From an uncultured bacterium (GTDB lineage Bacteria > Macinerneyibacteriota > Macinerneyibacteria > Macinerneyibacteriales > DSCS01): 34,039 nt of DNA. Below, one piece after another: positions 1 to 12,217 of the stretch. The position numbers and the translations under genes are program-made. The notes under the pieces were generated by a model that made no database searches, was not told the origin of the DNA, and worked only from the letters and a program-made list of their open reading frames with translations. The stretch lies in contig CAZJQC010000006.1 in the NCBI GenBank assembly GCA_964548195.1, positions 42,792-76,830 of the forward strand. Direction: 5' to 3'. How positions within the stretch are numbered: position 1 is the stretch's first letter; every line of letters starts with the position of its first letter.

Positions 1-2
1 AG

Positions 3-1220
3 GATGAATTAAAGAGATACGCGGAGATTGTTTTTAACGCATATCCCGGGTTCGGCGTCCCTGATGCGGAGAAGGCCGCCGAATATATAAAAAAGGTGCT
101 GGACAGCGACCACTCTCCGGCGCCCTGGGGCGTTTTTGAAGACGGCGAGATGACGGGGACTATGCTGATCTATGATTATGAGATGAACTTCCGCTCCAAA
201 AATGTTGCCGCAAAAGGTGTAGGGCTGGTCGCGGTCGATCTCACCCGGAAGCGGGAGAAGATCTGCAGGGAGATGATCAAAAGTTTTATCGCACAGACTG
301 CGGATAGCGCTTGTGATTTCGCGCTTTTATATCCGTTCCGCCCTGATTTTTACAGAAAGATGGGGTTCGGGTATTCGTCATCTCTTAAAAAGTACCGCAT
401 ACGCACGGCGGCTTTCCCCCGCAAAGGGGACAAGAGCGGGATACGTTTGGCGTCTGACGGCGACACAGGCGCGATAACGGAGCTGTATAACGCTGAGGCC
501 GCATCGACACACGGGATGATAAAAAGGACGATTGGCGATTTTGAGCGGCTTATGACGGGTAAGATGAGAACGGCCGTGCATGTGAGCGGCAAGACGATAG
601 ACGGCTATATGTGCTTTGGTTTCAGGAAGGGGCATGAGTCCAACTTCACGCTCAACGACCTAATTGTCCGGGAGCTGATGGTGAAAGCGTCAGATCCCGC
701 GGTGACAGCGGCGTTTCACGCCTTCATAAACAGCCAGTCGGATCAATGCGTATGGACGGATATCACGACATTTGATGATGAGTTTTACCATCTTTTTGAC
801 GACCCCAGAGACCGGGACGGGGCCCTTGTATCAGGCGTTAACCATGACTCCTACAGAGGCGGAGTCGGACTGATGTGCAGGGTGACCTCTCCCGGAGGGC
901 CCGCCGCACTTTTCCGCGATGCCGAACTGGGCGGGGGTGACGTGGATGTGCTGTTCAAGGTCTCCGATACCCTTTCCGGCGGCCCCGGAGAATACGCGGT
1001 AAGTTTCCGCGACGGCCGCGCGGAAGTCTGTGAGTCAGGAAAAACAGACATCACGCTGGAGGCCGATATCGCTGTCTTTTCATCGATCGCCATGGGTTCG
1101 CTCGGCGTTCGGAACGCAGTCGCAATGGGCCTTGCGCGCATCGACATGCCATGCCGCATACCCTTGCTGGACCGGGTCCTGGCGCCTGTTCAGAAGCCGC
1201 GGTGCGTCACGGAATTTTAA
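3..1220 (+). CDS. Eis-family GNAT acetyltransferase (tandem GNAT + C-terminal SCP2-like domain), 5'-truncated by the window edge
   Basis: The frame is open from base 3 (DELKRYAEIVFNAYPG...), so the real start lies upstream of the window, not at GTG 96. Motifs GVGLVAVD and LYPFRPDFYRKMGFG; C-terminal sterol-carrier-like segment (YAVSFRDGRAEV...DITLEADIAVFSSIAMG) ending in Phe (CVTEF), as in Eis proteins. Confidence 0.8.
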   Translation, partial: DELKRYAEIVFNAYPGFGVPDAEKAAEYIKKVLDSDHSPAPWGVFEDGEMTGTMLIYDYEMNFRSKNVAAKGVGLVAVDLTRKREKICREMIKSFIAQTADSACDFALLYPFRPDFYRKMGFGYSSSLKKYRIRTAAFPRKGDKSGIRLASDGDTGAITELYNAEAASTHGMIKRTIGDFERLMTGKMRTAVHVSGKTIDGYMCFGFRKGHESNFTLNDLIVRELMVKASDPAVTAAFHAFINSQSDQCVWTDITTFDDEFYHLFDDPRDRDGALVSGVNHDSYRGGVGLMCRVTSPGGPAALFRDAELGGGDVDVLFKVSDTLSGGPGEYAVSFRDGRAEVCESGKTDITLEADIAVFSSIAMGSLGVRNAVAMGLARIDMPCRIPLLDRVLAPVQKPRCVTEF

Positions 1221-1223
1221 TAT

Positions 1224-1250
1224 AAAGGAGGGAGTTATTCTCCCTCCTTT
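1224..1250 (+). terminator. Probable intrinsic terminator after the GNAT gene
   Basis: Perfect 11-bp inverted repeat AAAGGAGGGAG-ttatt-CTCCCTCCTTT starting 4 nt after the stop codon, followed by T-rich sequence. Confidence 0.7.
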
Positions 1251-1261
1251 CTGATAATTTC

Positions 1262-1289
1262 TTTACTTTTACTGAAAACATGATAAAAT
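1262..1289 (+). promoter_or_regulatory. Putative sigma70 promoter of gyrBA
   Basis: TTTACT(1262)-16 bp-TAAAAT(1284) with an extended -10 TG at 1281. Confidence 0.45.
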
Positions 1290-1354
1290 ATACATGGATG
1301 AAAAAGTATTATTTCACCGTATTTCGTATGAATTTGGCAAATACAACGTTTTAG

Positions 1355-3835
<2,481 letters not shown>

Positions 3836-3860
3836 CAAAGAATGAACCCCGGAGGGAGTC

Positions 3861-6290
3861 ATGTACATTGACAAAGAAAATATAAAAGATGTTAACGTAG
3901 AAGAGGAGATGAAGCAAGCCTACCTTGATTATGCCATGAGCACGATCATGGGAAGGGCGCTTCCCGACGTGAAGGACGGGTTGAAGCCGGTGCAGAGACG
4001 CATCTTGTATGCCATGAACGAGCTGGGCCTGAGGTTCAACAAAAAATACAGAAAATCCTCCAAGGTCGTCGGCGATGTCATGGGTAACTACCATCCCCAC
4101 GGCGATGCCGCCATATATGACGCTCTCGCCAGGATGGCGCAGCCCTTTACTTATAATGTGCCTCTGATAGACGGACAGGGAAACTTCGGATCCATAGACG
4201 GTGACCGCCCTGCCGCGGCCCGATATACCGAAGTCAGGATGGACAAGATCTCCGACTATCTGCTTATGGACCTTGACAAGGAGACTGTGGATTTCAAACC
4301 CAACTATGACGGGTCGACGACGGAGCCTGTCGTCTTGCCGTCCATGGTTCCGAATCTGCTGTTAAACGGCTGTTCCGGCATAGCGGTGGGTATGGCTACC
4401 GAAATACCCTCCCATAACCTTAATGAGCTGGTGGAAGGGCTTATACAGCTGATCGACAATCCGGATACGGAGGTCAGGGAGCTTATTAAAATAATCAAGG
4501 GGCCGGATTTCCCCACGTCCGGATTTATCATAGGCAAAAAGGGCATATATGACGCCTATATGACCGGCAGAGGCAAGTTCTCGATCAGAGGCAAGATCAT
4601 CAAGGAGATCAACGCCAAAGGGCGTGTGGCCCTTATAATAACGGAAATACCGTATAAGGAAAACAAGGCTCGTCTCATAGAGTCCATAGCGGAACTTATT
4701 AAAAACGGGAAGCTTGAGGGGATAAGGGATCTGAGGGATGAGACGGATAGAAACGGCATAAGGGTCGTGCTTGAGCTTAAAAGCAAAGAGGATTATGACG
4801 CGGATATAATAAGCAACAACCTGTTTAAGAAGACAAGGCTGCAGATCAATTACTCGATGAACTTTCTTTCCCTTGTAAACGGCATCCCCAGGACCATGGG
4901 GCTTAAGGAGATGCTGTTCCATTTCATAGGGCACAGAAAAGACGTGGTCACCCGTAGGACAAGATACCTGCTTCGCAAAGCCGAGGAACGGGCTCATATA
5001 CTTGAGGGGCTTAAGATCGCCCTGGCTAATATTGACGAGGTCGTGGCCGTGATCAAAAAATCGGCGGACGTGAATGATGCCAGAAGCGGACTCATGAAAA
5101 ATTTCGTGTTGACATACATACAGGCTCAGGCGATCCTGGATATGCGTCTGCAGAAACTCACCAGTCTTGAGGTCAAAAAACTTGAAGAGGAATACGAAGA
5201 ACTGCTTAAGAAAATAACGTATTACAGAAGTGTGCTGAGCAATGAGAAGCTTGTGCTTGAGATCATCAAGGAGGAGCTGGGCGAGGTCAATGAGAGATTC
5301 AGCATGCCCCGGAGGACGCAGATCATTGACCAGCTGCAGGAACTGGATGACCTTGACCTTATACAGGAAGAGGATATGGTCATCACCATCACGAACCGCG
5401 GGTTTGTCAAACGAGTTCCCGAGTCCGCCTACAGGACACAGCGGCGCGGCGGCAAAGGGCTTGCCGGGCTGAAGACCATTGAAGATGATTTTGTAAGGAA
5501 GCTGATACTTGCCTCAACCCACGACAAACTGCTTATGTTCACAAACAAAGGCAAGACATATTCGCTGAGCACGCTGGACATCCCCGAAAAGAGCAGGACG
5601 TCGAGGGGCACATCCATAAACAACGTCCTTACTCTGGAAAAAGGGGAATATATCTGCGACTATATGCCGATAAAGGAATTCAGCGAGGATGAGTACCTTA
5701 TTTTTGCGACCAGGGGCGGTACGGTAAAGAAAACGAAATTGTCCGATTTTGCCAATATCAACAGCCGCGGCCTTATTGCCATAAACATCAGGGAAGACGA
5801 CAATCTGGTTTCCGTGATCAACGTGAAGCACGGGCAGACCGTGATGCTGTATACCAGAAAAGCGCTTGCCATACGGATAGACGAAGCCGCGCTGAGGCCG
5901 CAGGGCCGCGCGACAATGGGCGTAAAGGGCATAACACTTTCCAAGGATGATACTGTCATCATGGCTGAGACGCTCACCGACCATGACATATTGCTCTTCG
6001 TCTCTGAAAACGGTTTCAGCAAGCGGACCAACGCGGCCGAGTTCAAGGTACAGGGCAGGGGCGGCAAGGGGCTGATCGCCATGAAACTCACCCCCAAGAC
6101 CGGCGTGCTGGCGGGGGCCATGGTAGTCTCCGAAGCGGACGATATTTTCGGTATCACGGAACAGGGGCAGATCATCAGAATAACCCTTCAGGATATTAAG
6201 ATACAGGGAAGAAACACCCAGGGCGTGAAGTTTATCTCCCTTGCGGAAAAGGACAAACTCACGGCAGTGTCCAGATGTGTTGAAAGATGA
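3861..6290 (+). CDS. gyrA: DNA gyrase subunit A
   Basis: [22 protein letters not shown], catalytic [12 protein letters not shown]. An intact GyrA-box QRRGGKG at the start of the beta-pinwheel CTD argues for GyrA rather than ParC. RBS GGAGGG. Confidence 0.97.
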   Translation: MYIDKENIKDVNVEEEMKQAYLDYAMSTIMGRALPDVKDGLKPVQRRILYAMNELGLRFNKKYRKSSKVVGDVMGNYHPHGDAAIYDALARMAQPFTYNVPLIDGQGNFGSIDGDRPAAARYTEVRMDKISDYLLMDLDKETVDFKPNYDGSTTEPVVLPSMVPNLLLNGCSGIAVGMATEIPSHNLNELVEGLIQLIDNPDTEVRELIKIIKGPDFPTSGFIIGKKGIYDAYMTGRGKFSIRGKIIKEINAKGRVALIITEIPYKENKARLIESIAELIKNGKLEGIRDLRDETDRNGIRVVLELKSKEDYDADIISNNLFKKTRLQINYSMNFLSLVNGIPRTMGLKEMLFHFIGHRKDVVTRRTRYLLRKAEERAHILEGLKIALANIDEVVAVIKKSADVNDARSGLMKNFVLTYIQAQAILDMRLQKLTSLEVKKLEEEYEELLKKITYYRSVLSNEKLVLEIIKEELGEVNERFSMPRRTQIIDQLQELDDLDLIQEEDMVITITNRGFVKRVPESAYRTQRRGGKGLAGLKTIEDDFVRKLILASTHDKLLMFTNKGKTYSLSTLDIPEKSRTSRGTSINNVLTLEKGEYICDYMPIKEFSEDEYLIFATRGGTVKKTKLSDFANINSRGLIAINIREDDNLVSVINVKHGQTVMLYTRKALAIRIDEAALRPQGRATMGVKGITLSKDDTVIMAETLTDHDILLFVSENGFSKRTNAAEFKVQGRGGKGLIAMKLTPKTGVLAGAMVVSEADDIFGITEQGQIIRITLQDIKIQGRNTQGVKFISLAEKDKLTAVSRCVER

Positions 6291-6301
6291 TCCTGATAAG
6301 C

Positions 6302-6326
6302 TTGCCCGGCGGAAGCCGCCGGGCAA
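6302..6326. terminator. GC-rich hairpin after gyrA (possible terminator or mRNA-stabilising stem)
   Basis: TTGCCCGGCGG-aag-CCGCCGGGCAA, a perfect 11-bp stem. It is followed by an A-run rather than a T-run, so it is not a canonical intrinsic terminator. Confidence 0.45.
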
Positions 6327-6333
6327 AAAAAAC

Positions 6334-6361
6334 TTGATATTTAGCGCCGTCACTTTATAAT
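6334..6361 (+). promoter_or_regulatory. Putative sigma70 promoter of lapA-lapB-mutS-mutL
   Basis: TTGATA(6334)-16 bp-TATAAT(6356), preceded by an A-tract (possible UP element). Confidence 0.6.
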
Positions 6362-6395
6362 TTCAGTATACCGAACTGAATGAGGGGGTTGGGAT

Positions 6396-6698
6396 ATGTG
6401 GATTACAAAAGCAATCGTATATCTGCTGGTGTTGTTTGTTGTCGTGGTTTTCAGCGTTCAGAATGCGGCCGACAAAGTCACTTTGCGGTTTTTCAACATG
6501 AATACCGGTGAGATCCCTGCCATAGAGGCCCTTATTCTGGCTTTTTTCTTTGGTCTTGTGGTGTGCGGCGCCTATGCTCTTTGGAAATATTTTGCCCTTT
6601 TGAAAAAATATAAAAAAGTGCTTGTGGAGTCGGAAAAGCTGAACGACGAGATCGGCGTGCTCAGAAAGATGAATATTGAAGAGGATTCCGAGGCCTGA
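6396..6698 (+). CDS. lapA: LapA-family LPS assembly membrane protein
   Basis: 100 aa, two TM segments joined by FSVQN...VTLRFF, basic coiled-coil tail; directly upstream of a LapB-like gene. Confidence 0.8.
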   Translation: MWITKAIVYLLVLFVVVVFSVQNAADKVTLRFFNMNTGEIPAIEALILAFFFGLVVCGAYALWKYFALLKKYKKVLVESEKLNDEIGVLRKMNIEEDSEA

Positions 6699-6744
6699 GT
6701 CTGACTTGCGGCCCGCGTCCGTGTAATCTGCATAAGGAGAAATA

Positions 6745-7911
6745 ATGAATCTGCTTTTGGTCGGTGCCATTGTGGTTGTGGGAGCGCTTCTTTTTGTTTT
6801 TTACGGCATGAAGCGGGAGGAAGAGAAAAATGAGAACAAGGCCAGGCCGGTCAGGTTTTCCCGTAATCTGCTGAATGAATATTGGCTTGATATCATAGAG
6901 TACGTGACGACCGGATATCTGGACAAAGCCAGCGGTCTTCTGAAGGAGCTTATACAGAAGAACCCCGACGAATATCCGGCTTATCTGGTCCTGAGTTATA
7001 TTCTGAGAAAGCAGGGAAAAGTCGAAAAAGCGCTGAACGTCGACAAGACAATATTCGCCGGCATGAGCACCATATCAAAAAGGGGAAAAAAGGCCATTCA
7101 AAAAAGCCTGCTTATAGATTATGTGGAAAACGGCATGCTTAAGACCGCTTTGAAGACCATAGAGGAAAGCTTCAAGGATATCGAAAAGGACGAACTTGTG
7201 CTTTCACTCGGCCGCGATATATCATATAAACTCGGAGAGTTTGAAAAAGCGTTGCATTATACGGAAAAGATGCTGGAGTTGAAGAAGACCAAAGACAGGT
7301 CCGAGCTTGGCTATATCGCCGCGGATCTTGCCAAGGACGCGCTGCATAAAGGCGACACAGTCACTGCGGGAAAGCTTTTGAAGCAAGGCAGGCATTACGA
7401 TTCGGGAAGCGCCAGGCTTTTGTTTGTGGAATCCTATCTCCGCTATGCGGAGGGGGCTAAGGGCAAGTCGCGCGAGGTCTTTATGAAAGCGCTTAACATG
7501 AGTCCGGGTTCCGTGTATCATGTCAGAGACAGGATGTACGAGATCTTTGAAGAAGACCACGCAAAGATGGCAAAAAGCCTTAAGCCCATAGTGGCGGCGA
7601 ATACGCAAAATGCGGCTCTGCATGTATTCTTTGCCCATGAGCTGAGGACTCTGGGAAGATATGATGAGGCGGCCGAGGAATATCTTGAAGCCATATTATA
7701 CGAACCGGAATCCCGCCACATACTTTTTCTCATGCTTGACCTTTATATTGAGACCGGCAACTGGGATAAAGTCCGGGAGATCCGGGATGAACTGAAGGGC
7801 GTTGACGGGGAAGTCGCTTATGTGTGTTCGCAATGCGGCGCCTCGTTTTCCGCACCCGTTTGGTATTGCGACAAGTGCGGCACCTGGGGCGGCGTGACAG
7901 TCAGGTTATGA
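6745..7911 (+). CDS. lapB: LapB (YciM)-like protein: N-terminal TM anchor, TPRs, C-terminal rubredoxin-like metal site
   Basis: 388 aa; hydrophobic N-terminus; TPR helices; C-terminal YVCSQCG...WYCDKCGTWG (two CxxC); RBS AAGGAG; follows lapA. Confidence 0.8.
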   Translation: MNLLLVGAIVVVGALLFVFYGMKREEEKNENKARPVRFSRNLLNEYWLDIIEYVTTGYLDKASGLLKELIQKNPDEYPAYLVLSYILRKQGKVEKALNVDKTIFAGMSTISKRGKKAIQKSLLIDYVENGMLKTALKTIEESFKDIEKDELVLSLGRDISYKLGEFEKALHYTEKMLELKKTKDRSELGYIAADLAKDALHKGDTVTAGKLLKQGRHYDSGSARLLFVESYLRYAEGAKGKSREVFMKALNMSPGSVYHVRDRMYEIFEEDHAKMAKSLKPIVAANTQNAALHVFFAHELRTLGRYDEAAEEYLEAILYEPESRHILFLMLDLYIETGNWDKVREIRDELKGVDGEVAYVCSQCGASFSAPVWYCDKCGTWGGVTVRL

Positions 7912-10499
7912 GCGGTATAAAAGACACTCCGCTTAATCGTCAATATATAGACATCAAACAGAGATATCCCGACTGCATCGTGTTGTTCAGGGTCGGGGAT
8001 TTTTATGAGGTCTTTTATGAGGATGCCGTGACGGTATCCCGCGCCCTGGATATAGTATTGACTTCACGTCAGGAAGGCCAGCCGATGGCCGGAGTCCCGT
8101 ATCATGCTGTGGACAGGTATTTGAAATCCCTTGTCATGCAGGGCTATAAAGTGGCAATATGCGAACAGATGGAAGACCCCAGGACGGTCAAGGGCATCGT
8201 AAAGCGCGATGTGATCAAGGTCGTGACCCCGGGCACATATGTGGAGGACGATAAGGATAATTATCTTGCCTCCGTTGTGATGGAAGAGGGCCGGTTCAGC
8301 TATGCGTACGCGGACATATCACTGGGCGCTGTCATGACGGGCATGGCGGACAGCGAAAGCGAACTGCTGGCCTGTCTTGAAAAGGTCGATATCTCCGAGA
8401 TCATCATACCGGAAGCGGACAAGGCCTCTGAAAATCTTATAGATCGGCAGTTCCGCGGAGTGTTCGTCACCCGCTACCCCATTTGGGAATATGACATCAG
8501 CCTTTCCATACAACGCATCAAGGATTATTTCGGCGTGATATCGCTGGTGCCCTTCGGAATACATAACGACTCACTGGCCATACAGGCCGTTTCCATAATA
8601 TTGAAGCATGTGCTTGAGACCCAGAAGGGCGTGATGTCAAATATCAGCAGTATAGAGAACGAATCCGAGAAGAGCTATGTGGGCATTGACGCCAAGACAT
8701 GGCAGAACCTTGAGATCTTTCCCCCGAATTCCGGAGACGGAGTGGAAAAAACCCTGTACGGCATACTGGACGCTAACCTTACAAAAATGGGGGCGCGAAA
8801 CCTGAAAAAATGGATGCGTTATCCCCTGAAGGACGGAGCGGAGATCTCAAAGCGCTGGGAAGCTTTGGACTATTTCAAGGGCAACAGGCGTCTCAGGGAC
8901 AAGCTGGGTAAGCTTTTCAGCGATATACCCGATTTTGAGCGTTCGATGGGCAGAATATCCTATTCAAAGGGACGCCCCAGGGACCTGGTGCAGGTCAAGA
9001 AGGGGCTTGCACATGCCGAGGAGATCAAGGAAATACTCTATGACACCGGTGTGGAATTACTCGGCGGATACGCTTCGTGCATCAGTCCGCTCAGGGAGCT
9101 ATGCGACCTTCTCGAACGTTCCGTGCCGGAGGAGCCTGGCGCCGGAAACGGCGGCATGGGGCTGATCAAAGATAACTTTAATGACGAGGTCGACAGCCTG
9201 CGCAACCTGAAAAAGGACAGCAGAAGCTTGCTGATGGAAATACAGGAACATGAAAAAGAGGCGACCGGCATCCCGTCACTGAAGGTCAAATATAACAAGG
9301 TGTTCGGTTATTTCATAGAGGTCTCAAAGAGCTATTCGGGATCTGTGCCGGAGCGCTATGACCGGCGCCAGACGCTGACAAACGCCGAAAGGTATATGAT
9401 ACCGGAACTGAAGGAACTTGAAGAGAAGATACTCAACGCGGACAGTGAGCTGATCGCGCTCGAAGCCAGGTTGTTCGAAGAGGTCAAGGAACAGGTGGTT
9501 GACAAGACCAGGGAAATACTGGTCAATGCCGAGGTCTTTGCCGAGACCGACACGCTGCGTTCATTCGCGGAGATATCCGTACTCAGGAATTATGTCAGGC
9601 CCGGACTTCTGCCCGGAGGGGCGCTGGAAATAATCGAAGGGCGTCATCCCGTGCTGGAGGTCCTGCTCGGTTCGGAGCCGTTTGTCCCCAATGACCTTGA
9701 GATGGATATAGTCGACAGGTCGATGTATCTGGTAACAGGGCCGAATATGGCCGGAAAGTCGACATATCTCAGACAGAATGCCCTGATATTGCTCATGGCG
9801 CAGATAGGCTGCTTTGTTCCCGCGGACAGGATGGCCTTTACGCCTGTAGACAGGATATTCTCAAGGGTGGGTGCTTCCGACAACATAGCCGCGGGCGAAA
9901 GCACCTTTATGGTCGAGATGCTGGAAACATCGTATATAGTCCACAATGCCACCCGGGAGAGTTTTATCATACTGGATGAGATCGGACGCGGCACCAGCAC
10001 GTATGACGGCCTTTCGATCGCATGGGCTATTTCAGAGCACGTGCACAGCCGCATCGGAGCCAAGACATTGTTCGCCACCCATTATCATGAGCTTACCGAG
10101 CTGACCGACGTCTATCCGGCCATACATAACCTTAACATTTCTGTGAAAGAGTGGAATGACAGTGTGATCTTTTTGAGAAAAATAGAGGAGGGGCGCGCCG
10201 ACAAAAGCTATGGCATACAGGTGGCGCGTCTTGCGGGCCTTCCCGAAAGCGTTATTGAAAGGGCCAAGGAAATATTGTTCAATCTTGAAAGCGAAAGTTA
10301 CCGCAACGGGGTCCCGTCGATTATTTACAATGGATCGGAACCATTGCCCCGGCAGGTCGACTTGTTCAGCGACAGTTTTGAGCAAAAAGTCTTAAATGAC
10401 CTGAGATACATGGACCTTAACAGTCTCACCCCAATAGACCTTATGATGGAGGTCAAAAAGATCAAGAAACGCATTGAAGAGCATGATAAAGAAACTTGA
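7908..10499 (+). CDS. mutS: DNA mismatch repair protein MutS (MutS1)
   Basis: Start reassigned to ATG 7908 (ATGA overlap with the lapB stop; MSGIKDTPLNRQY). Mismatch-binding GDFYE, Walker A TGPNMAGKST, STFMVEM, Walker B ILDEIGRGTST, FATHYHEL, SYGIQVARLAG; clamp-like QVDLF near the C-terminus. Confidence 0.97.
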   Translation: MSGIKDTPLNRQYIDIKQRYPDCIVLFRVGDFYEVFYEDAVTVSRALDIVLTSRQEGQPMAGVPYHAVDRYLKSLVMQGYKVAICEQMEDPRTVKGIVKRDVIKVVTPGTYVEDDKDNYLASVVMEEGRFSYAYADISLGAVMTGMADSESELLACLEKVDISEIIIPEADKASENLIDRQFRGVFVTRYPIWEYDISLSIQRIKDYFGVISLVPFGIHNDSLAIQAVSIILKHVLETQKGVMSNISSIENESEKSYVGIDAKTWQNLEIFPPNSGDGVEKTLYGILDANLTKMGARNLKKWMRYPLKDGAEISKRWEALDYFKGNRRLRDKLGKLFSDIPDFERSMGRISYSKGRPRDLVQVKKGLAHAEEIKEILYDTGVELLGGYASCISPLRELCDLLERSVPEEPGAGNGGMGLIKDNFNDEVDSLRNLKKDSRSLLMEIQEHEKEATGIPSLKVKYNKVFGYFIEVSKSYSGSVPERYDRRQTLTNAERYMIPELKELEEKILNADSELIALEARLFEEVKEQVVDKTREILVNAEVFAETDTLRSFAEISVLRNYVRPGLLPGGALEIIEGRHPVLEVLLGSEPFVPNDLEMDIVDRSMYLVTGPNMAGKSTYLRQNALILLMAQIGCFVPADRMAFTPVDRIFSRVGASDNIAAGESTFMVEMLETSYIVHNATRESFIILDEIGRGTSTYDGLSIAWAISEHVHSRIGAKTLFATHYHELTELTDVYPAIHNLNISVKEWNDSVIFLRKIEEGRADKSYGIQVARLAGLPESVIERAKEILFNLESESYRNGVPSIIYNGSEPLPRQVDLFSDSFEQKVLNDLRYMDLNSLTPIDLMMEVKKIKKRIEEHDKET

Positions 10500-12171
10500 C
10501 AGAGTGACAATTAACAAGATAGCTGCCGGAGAGGTTGCGGACAGGCCCGTGTCGGTGATACGGGAGCTTGTGGAGAACGCGCTTGACGCCGGCGCCAGCA
10601 GGATAGAGATCGTTGTGGCGGCCTCTCCGCTGGAAAAGATGTCCGTTTCGGACAACGGTTCGGGAATAGCCTTTGAGGAGATACCTGCCGCTTTCGACCG
10701 CCACGCGACGTCAAAGATATCGGCGGCGGACGATCTGCTTACACTGGATACCCTGGGCTTCAGAGGCGAGGCTTTGCCGAGCATCGCATCGGTGTCGAGA
10801 TGCACGCTGATCAGCAGCTGCGAGGATGGCGGACACGGCGGCAGGATAGAGTTCGCGGGAGGGAAACGGACATCATACAAGGCCGCGAGCAGAGCGCGCG
10901 GCACGACCGTGATCGTCGAGGACCTTTTCTACAACATACCGGCCCGCCGGAAATATCTTAAAAGCCCTCCCTATGAGACAAGGCTCATCAGAGAGTTTGC
11001 GGAGCGCATAGCTCTTATTTATGCGGACGCGGGACTTGAGATATCCCTGTCGGTGAACGGGCGCACGCTGCTTTCAACAGACTCGGAAGACGGCTTCCTG
11101 GACAGGATGGCGGCTGTTTGCGGTGAGACTGTATCCGCCTCGCTAATGGGTTTTGAAAAAGAGCGGGACGTGTTCAGGCTCAAGGGCTGGGTTTCCGGTT
11201 CCGATACGGTCGCGAACAATTCAAGGAACATGAATCTTTTTGTCAATGGCCGGGCGGTGAACGATAAACGGTTCGTTTATACCGTAAAGAACGCGTTGAA
11301 GGAGATCATCCCCCCGGGCAAATACCCCTTTTGCGTTGTTTTTATTGAGATAGACCCGCGTTATGCCGATTTTAACGTCCATCCGAGGAAGACCGAGATC
11401 AGGTTCAGGGATGAAAACAGGATATACGGGTCGATATACAATGGCGTCATATCGGTGTTTGCGGGCTTTGAGTCCCTTCCCTCAGGCGGTTTTGCCGAAG
11501 TGTTGGGCGTCCCGGAGGCCGGAGAGTCGACGCATCAGAGCTCCCTGTTTGCGGGGCACTCGGCGGAGACGGCTATACTCGAAGCGGAAAGCGGGGCAGG
11601 GAGCGTGTCACTTTTCGGCCACCGCTATATGGGCGTCGTGTTCGGGCGCTATATGTTGTTCGCTTCGGAAGATGAGATGATAATGGTGGATTTTCACGCG
11701 CTGAACGAGCGTCTTGTATACGACAGCCTGAAAGACAGGGCATACAGGGATCCGGGCGCGCGTATCATACCGGAAGTGATAATGCTCGGCTCCGCATATG
11801 CCGACATTATCGAGGAAAAAGCCGAAGATCTTCGGCGTGTCGGGTTTGGTGTGAGGAAGATCGGCGACGACAGTGTCGTGATAGAGTCTATACCGGTCTA
11901 TTTAAGGGATGCGGCTTCTGCCGAGGCCCTTTTAAGGGACATATGCGGCGATCTTTCATCGGGTGAGGCTGCGGGGCCCTTTGATGAGTATTTCGCCATG
12001 CGCGCGTGCAAATCATCCTTCAGGTCGGGGGACCGGCTCAGCGGGGAAGATGTCAGGGCGTTTGCGGCGGCCGTGGAACGGGGGGGTTTTTCTCTTACAT
12101 GCCCCCATGGCAGGCCTGTGGCAAGAAGGCTTGGCAAAAAGGATATTGACCGCCTTTTTAAGCGTCTTTGA
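10483..12171 (+). CDS. mutL: DNA mismatch repair protein MutL (endonuclease-motif type)
   Basis: ATG 10483 overlaps the end of mutS. KIAAGEV, ELVENALDAGA, DNGSGI, HATSKI, GFRGEAL, NVHPRKTEIRF; C-terminal DFHALNE, ACK, CPHGRP, FKR. Confidence 0.95.
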   Translation: MIKKLDRVTINKIAAGEVADRPVSVIRELVENALDAGASRIEIVVAASPLEKMSVSDNGSGIAFEEIPAAFDRHATSKISAADDLLTLDTLGFRGEALPSIASVSRCTLISSCEDGGHGGRIEFAGGKRTSYKAASRARGTTVIVEDLFYNIPARRKYLKSPPYETRLIREFAERIALIYADAGLEISLSVNGRTLLSTDSEDGFLDRMAAVCGETVSASLMGFEKERDVFRLKGWVSGSDTVANNSRNMNLFVNGRAVNDKRFVYTVKNALKEIIPPGKYPFCVVFIEIDPRYADFNVHPRKTEIRFRDENRIYGSIYNGVISVFAGFESLPSGGFAEVLGVPEAGESTHQSSLFAGHSAETAILEAESGAGSVSLFGHRYMGVVFGRYMLFASEDEMIMVDFHALNERLVYDSLKDRAYRDPGARIIPEVIMLGSAYADIIEEKAEDLRRVGFGVRKIGDDSVVIESIPVYLRDAASAEALLRDICGDLSSGEAAGPFDEYFAMRACKSSFRSGDRLSGEDVRAFAAAVERGGFSLTCPHGRPVARRLGKKDIDRLFKRL

Positions 12172-12182
12172 TCTTTGTTGAG

Positions 12183-12211
12183 TTGACATTTTTACCGGCT
12201 TCTGTTAGATT
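12183..12211 (+). promoter_or_regulatory. Putative sigma70 promoter of the TetR gene (likely leaderless mRNA)
   Basis: TTGACA(12183)-17 bp-TAGATT(12206) with extended TG; the ATG begins 7 nt after the -10 box; no SD sequence. Confidence 0.6.
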
Positions 12212-12217
12212 CATCAC

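Noticed and set aside
7824..7907. N-terminal extension of MutS in the ORF track
   Set aside because: Lies inside the lapB metal-site coding region; ATG 7908 gives the normal MutS N-terminus with an ATGA overlap.
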